Part shown: positions 43,660 to 53,964 of the stretch, in pieces
Numbering within the stretch: the first letter of the stretch is position 1
How the letters are laid out: the number at the start of each line of letters is the position of its first letter
Source of the DNA: an uncultured Erysipelotrichaceae bacterium
Lineage (GTDB): Bacteria > Bacillota_I > Bacilli_A > RFN20 > DUOF01
Assembly: GCA_964442785.1 (NCBI GenBank)
Contig: CAYTZW010000001.1
Span: 14,320-78,319, forward strand
Length of the DNA: 64,000 nt
Reading direction: 5' to 3'
The notes under the pieces: model-generated
Database searches by the model: none
Told to the model about the DNA's origin: nothing
What the model saw: the letters and a program-made list of their open reading frames with translations, nothing else
Translations under genes and position numbers: made by a program

Positions 43660-43660
43660 T

Positions 43661-44257
43661 ATGGAATTACCAGTTAGTTTAGAAAAATTAATTGATTCTT
43701 TCAAAAAAATACCAGGAGTAGGGAGAAAATCCGCTGAAAAGATAGCTTTTCAAGTTTTAGAATTAGATAAAGAAGCTCAAGTAAATTTATTAGACAGCAT
43801 AAAAGGTGTAATTGAAAATATTAAAATTTGCTCTGAATGTGGTATGATTTGTGAAAATGACAAATGTGAAATATGCCAAGATTTAACTAGAGATAGAAGT
43901 AAAATATGTGTTGTTGAAAATGTCAAAGATGTTTTTGCTTTAGAAAGAACTAAAGAGTATCAAGGATTATATCACGTGTTAGGTGGCTCAATTTCTCCTA
44001 GTAAAGGAATAATGCCTGATGATTTGAATTTAAAATCATTAGAAAGCAGAATTAATGAAGAAACAAAAGAAATTATCTTGGCAAATAGCACCAGTATTGA
44101 CGGAGAAACAACGGCTTTATTTCTCAATAAATTATTAAGTAAATATGATGTTACCGTTACTCGTATTGGCTATGGTATTCCAATGGGAGCTCAATTAGAT
44201 TATGCTGATGACTTCACTTTAATTAGAGCAATGGAAAGTAGAAAAAAGTATAAATAA
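43661..44257 (+). CDS. recR: recombination protein RecR
   Basis: HhH, Cys4 zinc finger (CSECGMICENDKCEIC) and TOPRIM. Confidence 0.92.
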   Translation: MELPVSLEKLIDSFKKIPGVGRKSAEKIAFQVLELDKEAQVNLLDSIKGVIENIKICSECGMICENDKCEICQDLTRDRSKICVVENVKDVFALERTKEYQGLYHVLGGSISPSKGIMPDDLNLKSLESRINEETKEIILANSTSIDGETTALFLNKLLSKYDVTVTRIGYGIPMGAQLDYADDFTLIRAMESRKKYK

Positions 44258-44281
44258 AAACTGTTATGAATAAAGTTAATT

Positions 44282-44470
44282 ATGAAGATATATCATAAGA
44301 TAAAAAAATTCTTAGCAGTTTTTTTTGTTTTAATTGGATTAAAGTATTTGTTTTCTTTTTTTGAAATCTTTATTTCTACGTCTTTAATATTAGCTTTTCT
44401 TTGTGGCTATTTAGGAAAAATAGGAATTATCCTTTTTTTAGTTTATATTTTATTTACTTTAACAAAGTAA
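44282..44470 (+). CDS. small two-TM membrane protein (possibly BofA/YaaL-like)
   Basis: 62 aa and hydrophobic. Its position after recR matches the yaaL/bofA slot in Bacilli; the sequence alone is not diagnostic. Confidence 0.3.
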   Translation: MKIYHKIKKFLAVFFVLIGLKYLFSFFEIFISTSLILAFLCGYLGKIGIILFLVYILFTLTK

Positions 44471-44528
44471 AAAGTTTGTCTTTTTATAGTAAATCAGCCC
44501 CTTAAATGTTATAATTATTAAGGGTGAT

Positions 44529-45170
44529 ATGATGAGTTTGTTTATTACTATAGAAGGTGGAGACGGCACTGGAAAAACAACTGTTATGAATAAAGTTGTT
44601 GAACGTTTAGAAAAAGAAAATTTTGACATTGCGAGAACTAGAGAACCAGGTGGAACTAAGATTGGAAATCAAATAAGGAATGTTATTTTAGATAAGGAAA
44701 ATACTGGTATCACTGGAATGTGTGAAACAATGCTTTTTGCTGCTGATAGGGCTCAACATATTGAAGAAGTGATTGTTCCTGCTTGTAAGGAAGGTAAAAT
44801 TGTTATAAGTGATCGCTTTTTTGATAGTAATTTAGTATATCAAGGAATTATTCACGGGTATGGTATCAAGAATGTTTATGAACTTAATATGATAGCAACT
44901 AAAGGAATAGTTCCAGATTTAACTTTATTGTTTGATTTAGATCCAAAAGAAGCTCAAAAAAGAATTTCTAGCAATAAAGATAGAGAGGTAAATAGGTTAG
45001 ATTTAAAAAGTATTGAGTATCATCAAAAAATAAGAGAAGCTTATTTAGAAGTTGCTAAAATGTTTCCTGAAAGAATAGTAATTATCGATGCTAGTAGAAG
45101 TGTTCAAGAAATTGCAGATGAAGTATACACAATTATAAAAAAGAAAATTGAGATGACTAAAAATGATTAG
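44529..45170 (+). CDS. tmk: thymidylate kinase
   Basis: P-loop IEGGDGTGKTT, DRF motif and lid. Confidence 0.9.
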   Translation: MMSLFITIEGGDGTGKTTVMNKVVERLEKENFDIARTREPGGTKIGNQIRNVILDKENTGITGMCETMLFAADRAQHIEEVIVPACKEGKIVISDRFFDSNLVYQGIIHGYGIKNVYELNMIATKGIVPDLTLLFDLDPKEAQKRISSNKDREVNRLDLKSIEYHQKIREAYLEVAKMFPERIVIIDASRSVQEIADEVYTIIKKKIEMTKND

Positions 45171-46161
45171 TAAAGAAAATCTGCAAGAACATCAAAAAGT
45201 AGCCTATAGAGTTGTTTATAATGCTTTCAAGGAAAATAAAGTTTCACAAGCTTTTTTGCTTTCAGGAGATGTTGGAACTCCTGTTTTTGACTTTGCAATG
45301 TTTATTGCTAAATCGCTTGTTTGTGAAAATGATGTTTTAGCGTGTGATAATTGTACCGATTGCTTAAGAATTGAAAATGGTAATTACGCAGATTTAATTA
45401 TTGTTGACGGTTCTAAAGATAGTATAAAAAAAGATGATATTGATAACATTCAAAAAAGATTTAACAAAAGTTCTATTGAAGAAAAAGGTATAAAAATTTA
45501 TATCATAAATTTATTAGAAAATTGTGCTACTGCTTCTGCAGTTAATAGTCTTTTAAAATTTTTAGAAGAACCAACGGAAAATACTTATGCCATAATTACT
45601 ACCAATAATATCAATGGTTTGTTGCCCACTATTATTTCACGTTGTCAAGTTATTAGAATTAACAATATGCCTAAAGAAAATTTGATTAAAGAATTGCTTG
45701 AAAGTGGTTTTAGCAAAGAAGATTGTAATTTATTATCATCTTTATACACCAATAAAAAAGAAATTGAAGAAAATATCGAAGAAAGCAATTATTACCAAAC
45801 AAAAGATTTATTTCTTGAAATGATAAATAATTACTTATTCGAAGGAATGGATTTGAATTATTATTATCAAGTTAATATGATGAAAGAGTTGAGTAACTCT
45901 AAAATGGGTGTTAAAATGTTTTTATCTTTAATGGATCTTTTTGTAAAAGATTTGTTTTATTGTGAAAATGGAAAGAAAATTCATTTTGAAGAACAAATTA
46001 ATATGTTACAAAAATGTTCAATGAAGTGGAAAAATAAAGAAAATATTTTGAAATATGTAATTGAGGCAAAGGAAGCAATCGAAAGAAAAGCCAATGCTAC
46101 TCTAATCATTGACAAAATGTTATATCAAATAAGTCAGGAGGGTAACTATGGAAGAAAATAA
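45163..46161 (+). CDS. holB: DNA polymerase III delta' subunit
   Basis: AAA+-like fold without a canonical P-loop (FLLSGDVGTP), SRC motif (ISRCQ) and conserved position after tmk. Confidence 0.7.
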   Translation: MISKENLQEHQKVAYRVVYNAFKENKVSQAFLLSGDVGTPVFDFAMFIAKSLVCENDVLACDNCTDCLRIENGNYADLIIVDGSKDSIKKDDIDNIQKRFNKSSIEEKGIKIYIINLLENCATASAVNSLLKFLEEPTENTYAIITTNNINGLLPTIISRCQVIRINNMPKENLIKELLESGFSKEDCNLLSSLYTNKKEIEENIEESNYYQTKDLFLEMINNYLFEGMDLNYYYQVNMMKELSNSKMGVKMFLSLMDLFVKDLFYCENGKKIHFEEQINMLQKCSMKWKNKENILKYVIEAKEAIERKANATLIIDKMLYQISQEGNYGRK

Positions 46162-46981
46162 GTATTCGTTACAAGGAATTTTCTATGGTGTCGATATTAA
46201 TAATCCTAAAGAAAAAAATCTTTATTACTTAAGTGAAATAGAAGATTTAAAAGAAGGTCAAACTGTAGTGGTGGAAACTTCTTTTGGGCTTGAAATAGGA
46301 AAAATAAATCGAAAAAAAGTTACTAAAGAAATCATTACTAGTGATGAAAATGTTCGAAAAATAATTAGATTAGCGACAAATGAAGATATTAATCAATATG
46401 AAACTAATTTAGAATTGCAAAAGAAAGTCCAAAAAGATGTAGATGTCGCTATTGCAAATTCACAACTTCCTATGAAAGTAGTTGATATTAGATATACATT
46501 AGACCAAACAAAAGTTTTAATTTCTTATGTTTCTGAAGAAAGAGTGGATTTTAGAAATTTATTAAAAGACTTAGCAGCCATTTTAAAATGTCGTATCGAA
46601 TTAAGACAAATTGGAACTCGTGATAGGTCTGCTTTAATTGGTGGAATAGGTGTTTGTGGTTTACCACTTTGCTGTTCAACCTTTTTAAAGGAATTTGACG
46701 GTATTTCTATTAATATGGCTAAAAATCAAATGTTATCATTGAATATCGCTAAAATATCAGGACAATGTGGGAAACTATTGTGCTGTTTAAAATATGAAGA
46801 CGGACAATATAGTGTGGCTAAACAAGGAATACCAAAAGTAGGCTTTAAACTAAAATATAAAGGAAAAATGTTTAAAATAGATAGCATTAATTACATATCT
46901 GAACAAGTTAAACTAACTAATGAAGATAATGAAGTAGAAGTTATAACTTTAGAAGAATTGAGGAATTTAAAAAATGATTAA
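46148..46981 (+). CDS. ricT: PSP1-domain protein YaaT/RicT
   Basis: PSP1 C-terminal domain with a Cys-rich segment (GVCGLPLCCSTF...CGKLLCCLKYE); conserved after holB. Confidence 0.75.
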   Translation: MEENKYSLQGIFYGVDINNPKEKNLYYLSEIEDLKEGQTVVVETSFGLEIGKINRKKVTKEIITSDENVRKIIRLATNEDINQYETNLELQKKVQKDVDVAIANSQLPMKVVDIRYTLDQTKVLISYVSEERVDFRNLLKDLAAILKCRIELRQIGTRDRSALIGGIGVCGLPLCCSTFLKEFDGISINMAKNQMLSLNIAKISGQCGKLLCCLKYEDGQYSVAKQGIPKVGFKLKYKGKMFKIDSINYISEQVKLTNEDNEVEVITLEELRNLKND

Positions 46982-47816
46982 ACAACAAACGTTTAAAAAT
47001 AATAAACAAATTCTTTATTTAGTGGCAACTCCTATTGGAAATTTACAAGAGTTATCTCCAAGAGCTATCGAAATATTAAAATCAGTGGACACTATTTTAT
47101 GTGAAGATACGAGAACTACTAAAAGTTTATTAGATAAGTTTGCTATAAAAAATAATTTAGTTTCCTATCATAAATTTAATGAAAAACAAATGTGTGAAAA
47201 AGTTATCGAGCATTTGAAAAAAGGACAAAATATCGCTCTTGTTAGTGATGCAGGTTATCCTTCAATTTCTGATCCTGGAAATATTTTAGTCAAAGAAGTT
47301 ATTGCTCAAAATTATAATGTTTCTTGTGTGAATGGGTCGAATGCTTTACTTCCTGCTCTTGTTTGTTCAGGGTTAGATACTAATCATTTTTGTTTTTATG
47401 GTTTTTTAGATGCTAAAGAAACAATAAAAAATAAAGAATTAGAAAACTTAAAAAATTATCAAGAAACATTAATTTTTTATGAAGCCGCTAATAGAATAAA
47501 AGATACAATTAAATGTATTTATCACATTTTAGGAAATAGAAATATTGTCATTGCCAGAGAAATAACAAAACAATATGAAGAATTTATTCGAGGAAATGTG
47601 GAAGAATTAATGGAAACTGATTTAGAATTAAAGGGAGAATGTGTTTTAATTATTTCGGGTAAAAAAGAAGAAAAAAGTGAAATTGATAATTCAATTATTG
47701 AACTTACTCAAGATTTATTAAATCATAATTATAAATTAAAAGAAGCGTGTCAATTTATGGCAAAATTAAAAAATGTAAATAAAAATGAATTGTATGATTA
47801 TTTCATCAAGAAATAG
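46974..47816 (+). CDS. rsmI: 16S rRNA 2'-O-ribose C1402 methyltransferase RsmI
   Basis: Tetrapyrrole-methylase fold (LYLVATPIGNLQELSPRAIEILKSVDTILCEDTRTT). Confidence 0.85.
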   Translation: MIKQQTFKNNKQILYLVATPIGNLQELSPRAIEILKSVDTILCEDTRTTKSLLDKFAIKNNLVSYHKFNEKQMCEKVIEHLKKGQNIALVSDAGYPSISDPGNILVKEVIAQNYNVSCVNGSNALLPALVCSGLDTNHFCFYGFLDAKETIKNKELENLKNYQETLIFYEAANRIKDTIKCIYHILGNRNIVIAREITKQYEEFIRGNVEELMETDLELKGECVLIISGKKEEKSEIDNSIIELTQDLLNHNYKLKEACQFMAKLKNVNKNELYDYFIKK

Positions 47817-47889
47817 TTATTTATAATAAACTATCATTTACAAAAAGTTAATGATAAGGTATAATTTTTAGCAAAGGAGAAGTGAAATT

Positions 47890-48072
47890 ATGGCGGTTAC
47901 AGGATTTGTTTTATCTTTAATTGGATTATTAATTTTACCAGCAGTATTTGGAATTTTAGGCTTAATCTTTTCTATTCTTGGTTTAAAACAAAAAAAGAAA
48001 AAAGGTTTAGCAACTGCAGGAATTATTATTTCTGCTTTTGATTGCGTTTGGTTTTTAATATCTCTTTTATAA
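47890..48072 (+). CDS. small membrane protein (DUF4190-like)
   Basis: 60 aa with two TM helices separated by KQKKKKG. A promoter TTTACA-17-TATAAT and an RBS lie upstream. Confidence 0.4.
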   Translation: MAVTGFVLSLIGLLILPAVFGILGLIFSILGLKQKKKKGLATAGIIISAFDCVWFLISLL

Positions 48073-48097
48073 AAATTGAAAAACTGAACAATAAAGG

Positions 48098-48127
48098 GAA
48101 ACACTACTTTGGTGTTTCTTTTTTTTG
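48098..48127 (+). terminator. intrinsic terminator (GAAACAC...GTGTTTC plus T8)
   Basis: 7-bp stem, 7-nt loop and a U-run. Confidence 0.65.
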
Positions 48128-48201
48128 TAAACAATACTTTACATATAAACAGAACCATAGTATAATGAAAATGTAAATAAAACTTTACATAGGAGGCTAT
48201 T

Positions 48202-48522
48202 ATGGAAAAAGAAGAAATTTTACAAAGAAACAGCAAAAAAAATCCAATAGGAGAAATGGAACAAAGTAAGATTAATAAAAGTAATTGGATAGCAGTTATT
48301 AGTGCGGCAACAGTAGCGATAATCTTTATGATAGTTGAAGGATTACAAAAGCATTATTCCGCGATTTATGCACTAGCAACTGTTTGTTATGTGTGGGCGA
48401 GTGTTTTCTATTTTTTACAATACTTTATTGCTAAAAGACCAAAAGGAGTTTTAATAGGAGCTTTTTTACACAGCTTAGCAGCAATTATTATGTTAATATT
48501 TTACATTTTAAGGTGTTTATAG
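48202..48522 (+). CDS. membrane protein, co-transcribed with the XRE regulator
   Basis: 106 aa with 3 TM segments. A promoter TTTACA-17-TATAAT and an inverted repeat TGTAAA-N6-TTTACA lie in the leader. Confidence 0.4.
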   Translation: MEKEEILQRNSKKNPIGEMEQSKINKSNWIAVISAATVAIIFMIVEGLQKHYSAIYALATVCYVWASVFYFLQYFIAKRPKGVLIGAFLHSLAAIIMLIFYILRCL

Positions 48523-48732
48523 ATGAATAAAGAATTAATATTAAAAAATCATTTAAGAGAGAAAAGGACCGAAAAAAAGATATCACAAGAAGAACTTGCT
48601 AAAATGGTTAGTACTACAAGACAAACTATAATTGCTATTGAAAAAGGTCTTTTTAATCCTTCTGCAAAACTGGCACTTTTATTGTGTGTAGCCTTAGATT
48701 GTCAATTTGAAGATTTATTTTACTTTGAATAA
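48523..48732 (+). CDS. XRE-family helix-turn-helix transcriptional regulator
   Basis: ISQEELAKMVSTTRQTIIAIEKG HTH_3 signature. Confidence 0.75.
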   Translation: MNKELILKNHLREKRTEKKISQEELAKMVSTTRQTIIAIEKGLFNPSAKLALLLCVALDCQFEDLFYFE

Positions 48733-48806
48733 GAGCAACATTTTGCTCTTTTTTCGTGCTTATTTATAATAAAAGTGATAAAATATCAAAAACAAGAGGT
48801 GAAATT

Positions 48807-50396
48807 ATGGCAAAGAAGTTTTATGTAACAACTCCTATTTATTATCCAAGTGGAAGATTGCATATTGGAAATACGTATACTACGGTAATTGCGGATTGTA
48901 TTAAAAGATATAAAAAGTTAAAAGGATATGATGTTTTCTTTTTAACAGGTACTGATGAACACGGTGAAAAAATTGAAGTAAAAGCTAAAGAAGCTGGAAA
49001 AACTCCGATTGAATTTGTTGATGAAATTGTCGAGAATACTAAAAAGTTATGGAAAAGACTAGGAATTGAATATGATGATTTTATAAGAACAACAGAAGAA
49101 AGACACGAGAAAATCGCTCAAAAAATATTTTCTAAATTTTTAGCACAAGGCGATATTTATAAAGGTTCTTATATGGGCAATTATTGTCGAAGTTGTGAGT
49201 CTTATTGGACAGACACTCAAGTTGGAGAAGAACACACTTGTCCTGATTGTGGCAAGCATACTGAAGTTAAAGAAGAAGAAGCTTATTTCTTTAAGATGAA
49301 TAAATACGCTCCTTGGTTGATTAATTATTATAAAGAAAATCCTTCTTTTATTTATCCAGAAGCAAGAACTAACGAAATGTTAAATAACTTTTTATTACCA
49401 GGATTAAATGATTTATGTGTTTCTCGTTCTACTATAAAATGGGGAATTCCTGTTAAAGAAGACCCAAAACACGTAATATATGTTTGGATTGATGCTTTGA
49501 CTAACTATATAACTGCTTTAGGATATGACAGTGAAGATGATTCTAAATTCCAAGAATTTTGGCAAAATCCTGATTGTGAAGTACTCCATTTAATGAGTAA
49601 AGAAATTGTTAGATTTCACACAATTTATTGGCCTATTATGTTAAAACAATTAGGTCTAAGATTACCAACTCAAATATATTCTCACGGCTGGGTATTAATG
49701 AAAAGTGGTAAAATGAGTAAGTCAGTTGGAAATGTTGTTTACCCAGAGTACATCATAGATAAATATGGAGTAGATGCTTTAAGGTATTATCTTGTAAAAG
49801 TTATCCCATTTGGACAAGACGGTACATTTACTCCTGAGATGTTTGTAGAAAATGTCAATACAGATTTAGTAAATAACATTGGAAATTTATTAAGTAGAAG
49901 TGTAGCAATGTGTACTAAATATTTTGAAGGAGTTGTTCCTTCTTTAAATGAAAAATCTTTAAACAATGTTGATAAAACTTTTATAGAAAAAGTAAATGTT
50001 TTATTAAATAAATTTGAAACAAATATGGATAAAATAAAATTAACGGAAGGTATCTCTACTATTTTTGAAATAGGCGATGTTGCTAATAAATATATTGATG
50101 AAAAAGAACCTTGGGTTTTAGCAAAAGATGAAAATAGAAAGGGAGAACTTGAAAATTGTATTCATAACTTAATTGAAACTTTAAGAAAAATTGCTATTTT
50201 ATTTAAAGCTTTCTTTATTGAAATTCCTGATAAAATGTTTGAACAATTAGGAGTAAATGAGGATAATCAAAGTTATGAAAGTTTAAGAGAAGATAGAGTA
50301 ACTTCTAATAAAGTAGAAAAGAAAGAAGCTTTATTTGCTAGACTTGATTTTGAAAAAGAAGTTGCTTATTTAGATGAAAAAATAAGTAGAAAATAA
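48807..50396 (+). CDS. metG: methionine--tRNA ligase (short form lacking the C-terminal tRNA-binding domain)
   Basis: HIGN (P-SGRLHIGNTYT), KMSKS and a zinc knuckle CRSCESYW...CPDCG. The start was set at MAKKFYVTTPIYY. Confidence 0.92.
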   Translation: MAKKFYVTTPIYYPSGRLHIGNTYTTVIADCIKRYKKLKGYDVFFLTGTDEHGEKIEVKAKEAGKTPIEFVDEIVENTKKLWKRLGIEYDDFIRTTEERHEKIAQKIFSKFLAQGDIYKGSYMGNYCRSCESYWTDTQVGEEHTCPDCGKHTEVKEEEAYFFKMNKYAPWLINYYKENPSFIYPEARTNEMLNNFLLPGLNDLCVSRSTIKWGIPVKEDPKHVIYVWIDALTNYITALGYDSEDDSKFQEFWQNPDCEVLHLMSKEIVRFHTIYWPIMLKQLGLRLPTQIYSHGWVLMKSGKMSKSVGNVVYPEYIIDKYGVDALRYYLVKVIPFGQDGTFTPEMFVENVNTDLVNNIGNLLSRSVAMCTKYFEGVVPSLNEKSLNNVDKTFIEKVNVLLNKFETNMDKIKLTEGISTIFEIGDVANKYIDEKEPWVLAKDENRKGELENCIHNLIETLRKIAILFKAFFIEIPDKMFEQLGVNEDNQSYESLREDRVTSNKVEKKEALFARLDFEKEVAYLDEKISRK

Positions 50397-50406
50397 GGTG
50401 TTAATA

Positions 50407-52281
50407 ATGAAATATGACATAATAGTAGTTGGAGGAGGACACGCAGGTATTGAAGCTTGCTTAAGTAGTGCTAGAAAAGGTCTTAGCACTCTTTTAGTTA
50501 CGCTTGATTTTTCTAATGTTGGTAGTGCTCCTTGTAATCCTTCAATCGGAGGACCTGCTAAAGGTGTTGTTGTTAGGGAAATAGATGCTTTAGGTGGTCA
50601 AATGGCGATTACCACAGATAAAACATATCTTCAAATGAAAATGTTAAATAGTTCCAAAGGACCAGGGGTTCAATGTTTAAGGGCTCAAATAGACAAGTTA
50701 GATTATAAAGAATATATGCAAAAAGTTATTAAGGAACAAAAAAACTTAGATGTCTTGGAAGATATGACTATTGATTTAGTGGTTGAAAATCAAAAATGTT
50801 TAGGTATTGTTACTAAAGAACACGGAAGAATTGATTCTAAATGTGTTATTTTAACTACAGGTACTTATCTTGAATCGACTGTTTTAGTAGGACATACCGC
50901 AACTATAAGTGGACCAGAAGAACAAAAATCCGCTCAAGGATTATCTCCAAAACTAAAAGAATATGGCTTAGAAATATTTAGATTAAAAACAGGAACACCA
51001 CCAAGAATTGATAAGGATAGTGTTGATTTTTCAAAAATGGAAGAACAACCTGGAACTAATCAAAAACTAGCTTTTTCCTATACAACAAAAGAATTTAAAC
51101 CTGTTGAAGAACAATGTATGTGTTATTTAATTCATACCAAACCAGAAACTCATAAAATAATTCAAGATAATTTACAAGAATCTGCAATGTATAGTGGTTT
51201 AGTAACCGGAATAGGACCTCGTTATTGTCCTTCTATAGAAGATAAAATAGTTAGGTTTTCTGATAAAGAAAGACATCAACTTTTTGTAGAACCAGAATCC
51301 AATAGAATGAATACTATATATTTACAAGGTTTTTCTACTTCAATGCCTAAAGAAGTTCAAGAAAAAATGGTTCATTCTTTACCAGGATTTGAAAAAGCTA
51401 AATTTGTTAAATATGCTTATGCAATAGAATATGATGCTGTTGTGCCTACCCAACTTTATCCTAGTTTAGAAACAAAAGTGATTGAAAATTTATTTTGTGC
51501 AGGACAAATAAACGGAACAAGTGGTTATGAAGAAGCTGCAGGACAAGGTATTATTGCAGGTATTAATGCTGCTAATAAAGTTTTAAATAAAGAACCTTTA
51601 ATTTTAAGGAGAGATGAAGCTTATATTGGTTTAATGATAGATGATTTAGTAACTAAAGGAACTCAAGAACCATATAGACTTTTAACTTCTAGGTCTGAAT
51701 ATCGTTTATTATTAAGACACGACAATGCTGATCAAAGACTTTTAAAATACGGCTATGAAAATGGTTTAATAAGTGAAAAAAGATATCAAGAATTTGAAGA
51801 AAAAATGGAAAATATCAAAAAATTAAAAGAAGAATTAGAAGAAGAAAGATTTACTTGTCGCCACCCTATTAATGAAAAAATTAAAGAATTAGGATATCCT
51901 GATATAGATAAAGGAGTAAGTGCAGTTGAACTTTTAAAAAGGCCTGCAATTACTATGGATTTATTAAAATCATATTTCCATAAGGAACATAACTACAACG
52001 ATGATGTTTTTGAAGAAGCGGAAATAGAAATTAAATATGAAGGTTATATCTTAAAACAATTAAAAGAAGCGGAAAGTTCTCGTAAATTAGAAGAAATGAA
52101 AATTCCTTTAGATTTAGATTATGATGCTGTTCCTAATTTAGCGTTAGAAGCAAGGCAAAAACTAAAAAAATTCAAACCTTTAACAATAGGACAAGCAAGT
52201 AGAATATCAGGAGTTAATCCTGCTGATATTTCTATTTTATTAATCTATTTTAAAGTTCAAAAAAAGAAGGAGAGTAATTAA
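50407..52281 (+). CDS. mnmG: tRNA uridine 5-carboxymethylaminomethyl modification enzyme MnmG
   Basis: FAD-binding site YDIIVVGGGHAGIEA and conserved C-terminal region. Confidence 0.95.
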   Translation: MKYDIIVVGGGHAGIEACLSSARKGLSTLLVTLDFSNVGSAPCNPSIGGPAKGVVVREIDALGGQMAITTDKTYLQMKMLNSSKGPGVQCLRAQIDKLDYKEYMQKVIKEQKNLDVLEDMTIDLVVENQKCLGIVTKEHGRIDSKCVILTTGTYLESTVLVGHTATISGPEEQKSAQGLSPKLKEYGLEIFRLKTGTPPRIDKDSVDFSKMEEQPGTNQKLAFSYTTKEFKPVEEQCMCYLIHTKPETHKIIQDNLQESAMYSGLVTGIGPRYCPSIEDKIVRFSDKERHQLFVEPESNRMNTIYLQGFSTSMPKEVQEKMVHSLPGFEKAKFVKYAYAIEYDAVVPTQLYPSLETKVIENLFCAGQINGTSGYEEAAGQGIIAGINAANKVLNKEPLILRRDEAYIGLMIDDLVTKGTQEPYRLLTSRSEYRLLLRHDNADQRLLKYGYENGLISEKRYQEFEEKMENIKKLKEELEEERFTCRHPINEKIKELGYPDIDKGVSAVELLKRPAITMDLLKSYFHKEHNYNDDVFEEAEIEIKYEGYILKQLKEAESSRKLEEMKIPLDLDYDAVPNLALEARQKLKKFKPLTIGQASRISGVNPADISILLIYFKVQKKKESN

Positions 52282-52994
52282 TGAATCCTAATGAATTTGT
52301 CCTTAAATTAAAAGAAAAAGGAATAATTTTAAACGAAATTCAAATCAAACAATTTCAAGATTATTATTCTCTTTTAAAAAAATGGAATGATGTTATGAAT
52401 TTAACAACCATTATCGAAGAAGAAAAAGTTTATGAAAAACATTTTTATGATTCTTTAACAGTGGCTTTTGATTATGATTTTACTTCTAAAAAAATGTTAG
52501 ATATTGGAACTGGAGCAGGTTTTCCTTCAATTCCTTTGAAAATTGCTTTTCCTACTTTGAACTTAACCGTTATGGATTCGGTTGCTAAGAAAATGAAATT
52601 TATTGAAGAAGTTGTCAAAGTTTTAGATTTAAAAAATGTTACTATCGTAGCTGATAGAGCAGAAAATTATATTAAAAATCATCGTGAAGAATTTGATGTA
52701 GTAACTGCTAGAGCGGTTGCAAGATTAAATATCCTTATGGAATTATCCGCACCATATTTAAAAATTGGAGGACATTTTATAGCTTTAAAAGGAGCAAATG
52801 GACAAGAAGAATATCACGAAGCGAGAGAAGCTTCCGAATTATTACACTTGAACTTGTACACTCATCAAGAAATAGAATTACCAGAAGAAAAGTCATCAAG
52901 ACATAATTACTTTTATATCAAAACTGAAAAAACTAATCCAAGGTATCCAAGAGCGTATAATAAAATTAAACAAAGTCCTTTAAAAAAGAGTTAA
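52281..52994 (+). CDS. rsmG: 16S rRNA (guanine527-N7)-methyltransferase RsmG
   Basis: GidB family with SAM site DIGTGAGFPSIPL. Confidence 0.9.
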   Translation: MNPNEFVLKLKEKGIILNEIQIKQFQDYYSLLKKWNDVMNLTTIIEEEKVYEKHFYDSLTVAFDYDFTSKKMLDIGTGAGFPSIPLKIAFPTLNLTVMDSVAKKMKFIEEVVKVLDLKNVTIVADRAENYIKNHREEFDVVTARAVARLNILMELSAPYLKIGGHFIALKGANGQEEYHEAREASELLHLNLYTHQEIELPEEKSSRHNYFYIKTEKTNPRYPRAYNKIKQSPLKKS

Positions 52995-53193
52995 TGAAAG
53001 AAAATTTTGAGCAAAGCAGTGCTATAAGTTCTGCTTTTTCTTTTGTGAAACAATTAAATGGAACACAAAAAAAGTATGAAAAATGCCCATAGAATAACAA
53101 CTCTAATCACTAACTTGCAATTTTTTGTGGAAAAATATTGATTATTAAAAATACCCGTGCTAAAATCACACTCAGGAGAGTGAGTAATTAATT

Positions 53194-53964
53194 ATGGCAA
53201 AGATTATTGCAATCGCTAACCAAAAGGGTGGAGTTGGAAAAACAACTACTGCAGTAAACCTATCTGGAGCCTTAGCTTATTTAGGTAGAAAAGTATTGTT
53301 AATCGATATGGACCCTCAAGGTAATGCAACGCGTGCAGTAGGTTGCGACGCAGCATTAGTAGAAGTAAGCTTGTACCACGTTTTAACAGGACAAGAAAAC
53401 ATCGAAAATGTTATAAAACCTACAACTTTAAGAAATATGTCTATATTACCAGCATCAATGGAACTTGCTGGAGCTGATCTAGAAATGGCTTCTGCTTTTG
53501 AGGATAGACAAGATAGACTAAAAAAGCAACTTGAAAGAGTTGAAAACAATTATGATTATGTAATCATTGATTGTCCACCTTCACTAGGATTATTGAATGT
53601 TAATGCTTTAGTAGCTGCTAATTCAGTTTTAATTCCATTACAATGTGAATATTTCGCTATGGAAGGTTTAGCTCAACTTTTATCAACAATTAGAAAGTTG
53701 CAACAAACAAAGAATTCTGACCTTGAAATCGAAGGCGTATTATTAACTATGGCTGACTTTAGAACAAGATTTTCTAACGAAGTAGCACAAGAAATAAGAA
53801 AATTCTTTAAAGAGAAAGTTTATCAAACTTCAATCCCTCGTTCAGTTAAGTTAGCTGAAGCTCCATCAAGAGGAAAAACTATTGTTGAATATAGTGTTAA
53901 CTCCAAAGGCGGAGTAGCTTACATTGACTTGGCAAGGGAGGTCATCTTACGTGGTAAAAAATAA
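53194..53964 (+). CDS. soj: chromosome partitioning ATPase ParA/Soj
   Basis: Deviant Walker A KGGVGKTTTAVNL and ParA motifs. Confidence 0.95.
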   Translation: MAKIIAIANQKGGVGKTTTAVNLSGALAYLGRKVLLIDMDPQGNATRAVGCDAALVEVSLYHVLTGQENIENVIKPTTLRNMSILPASMELAGADLEMASAFEDRQDRLKKQLERVENNYDYVIIDCPPSLGLLNVNALVAANSVLIPLQCEYFAMEGLAQLLSTIRKLQQTKNSDLEIEGVLLTMADFRTRFSNEVAQEIRKFFKEKVYQTSIPRSVKLAEAPSRGKTIVEYSVNSKGGVAYIDLAREVILRGKK

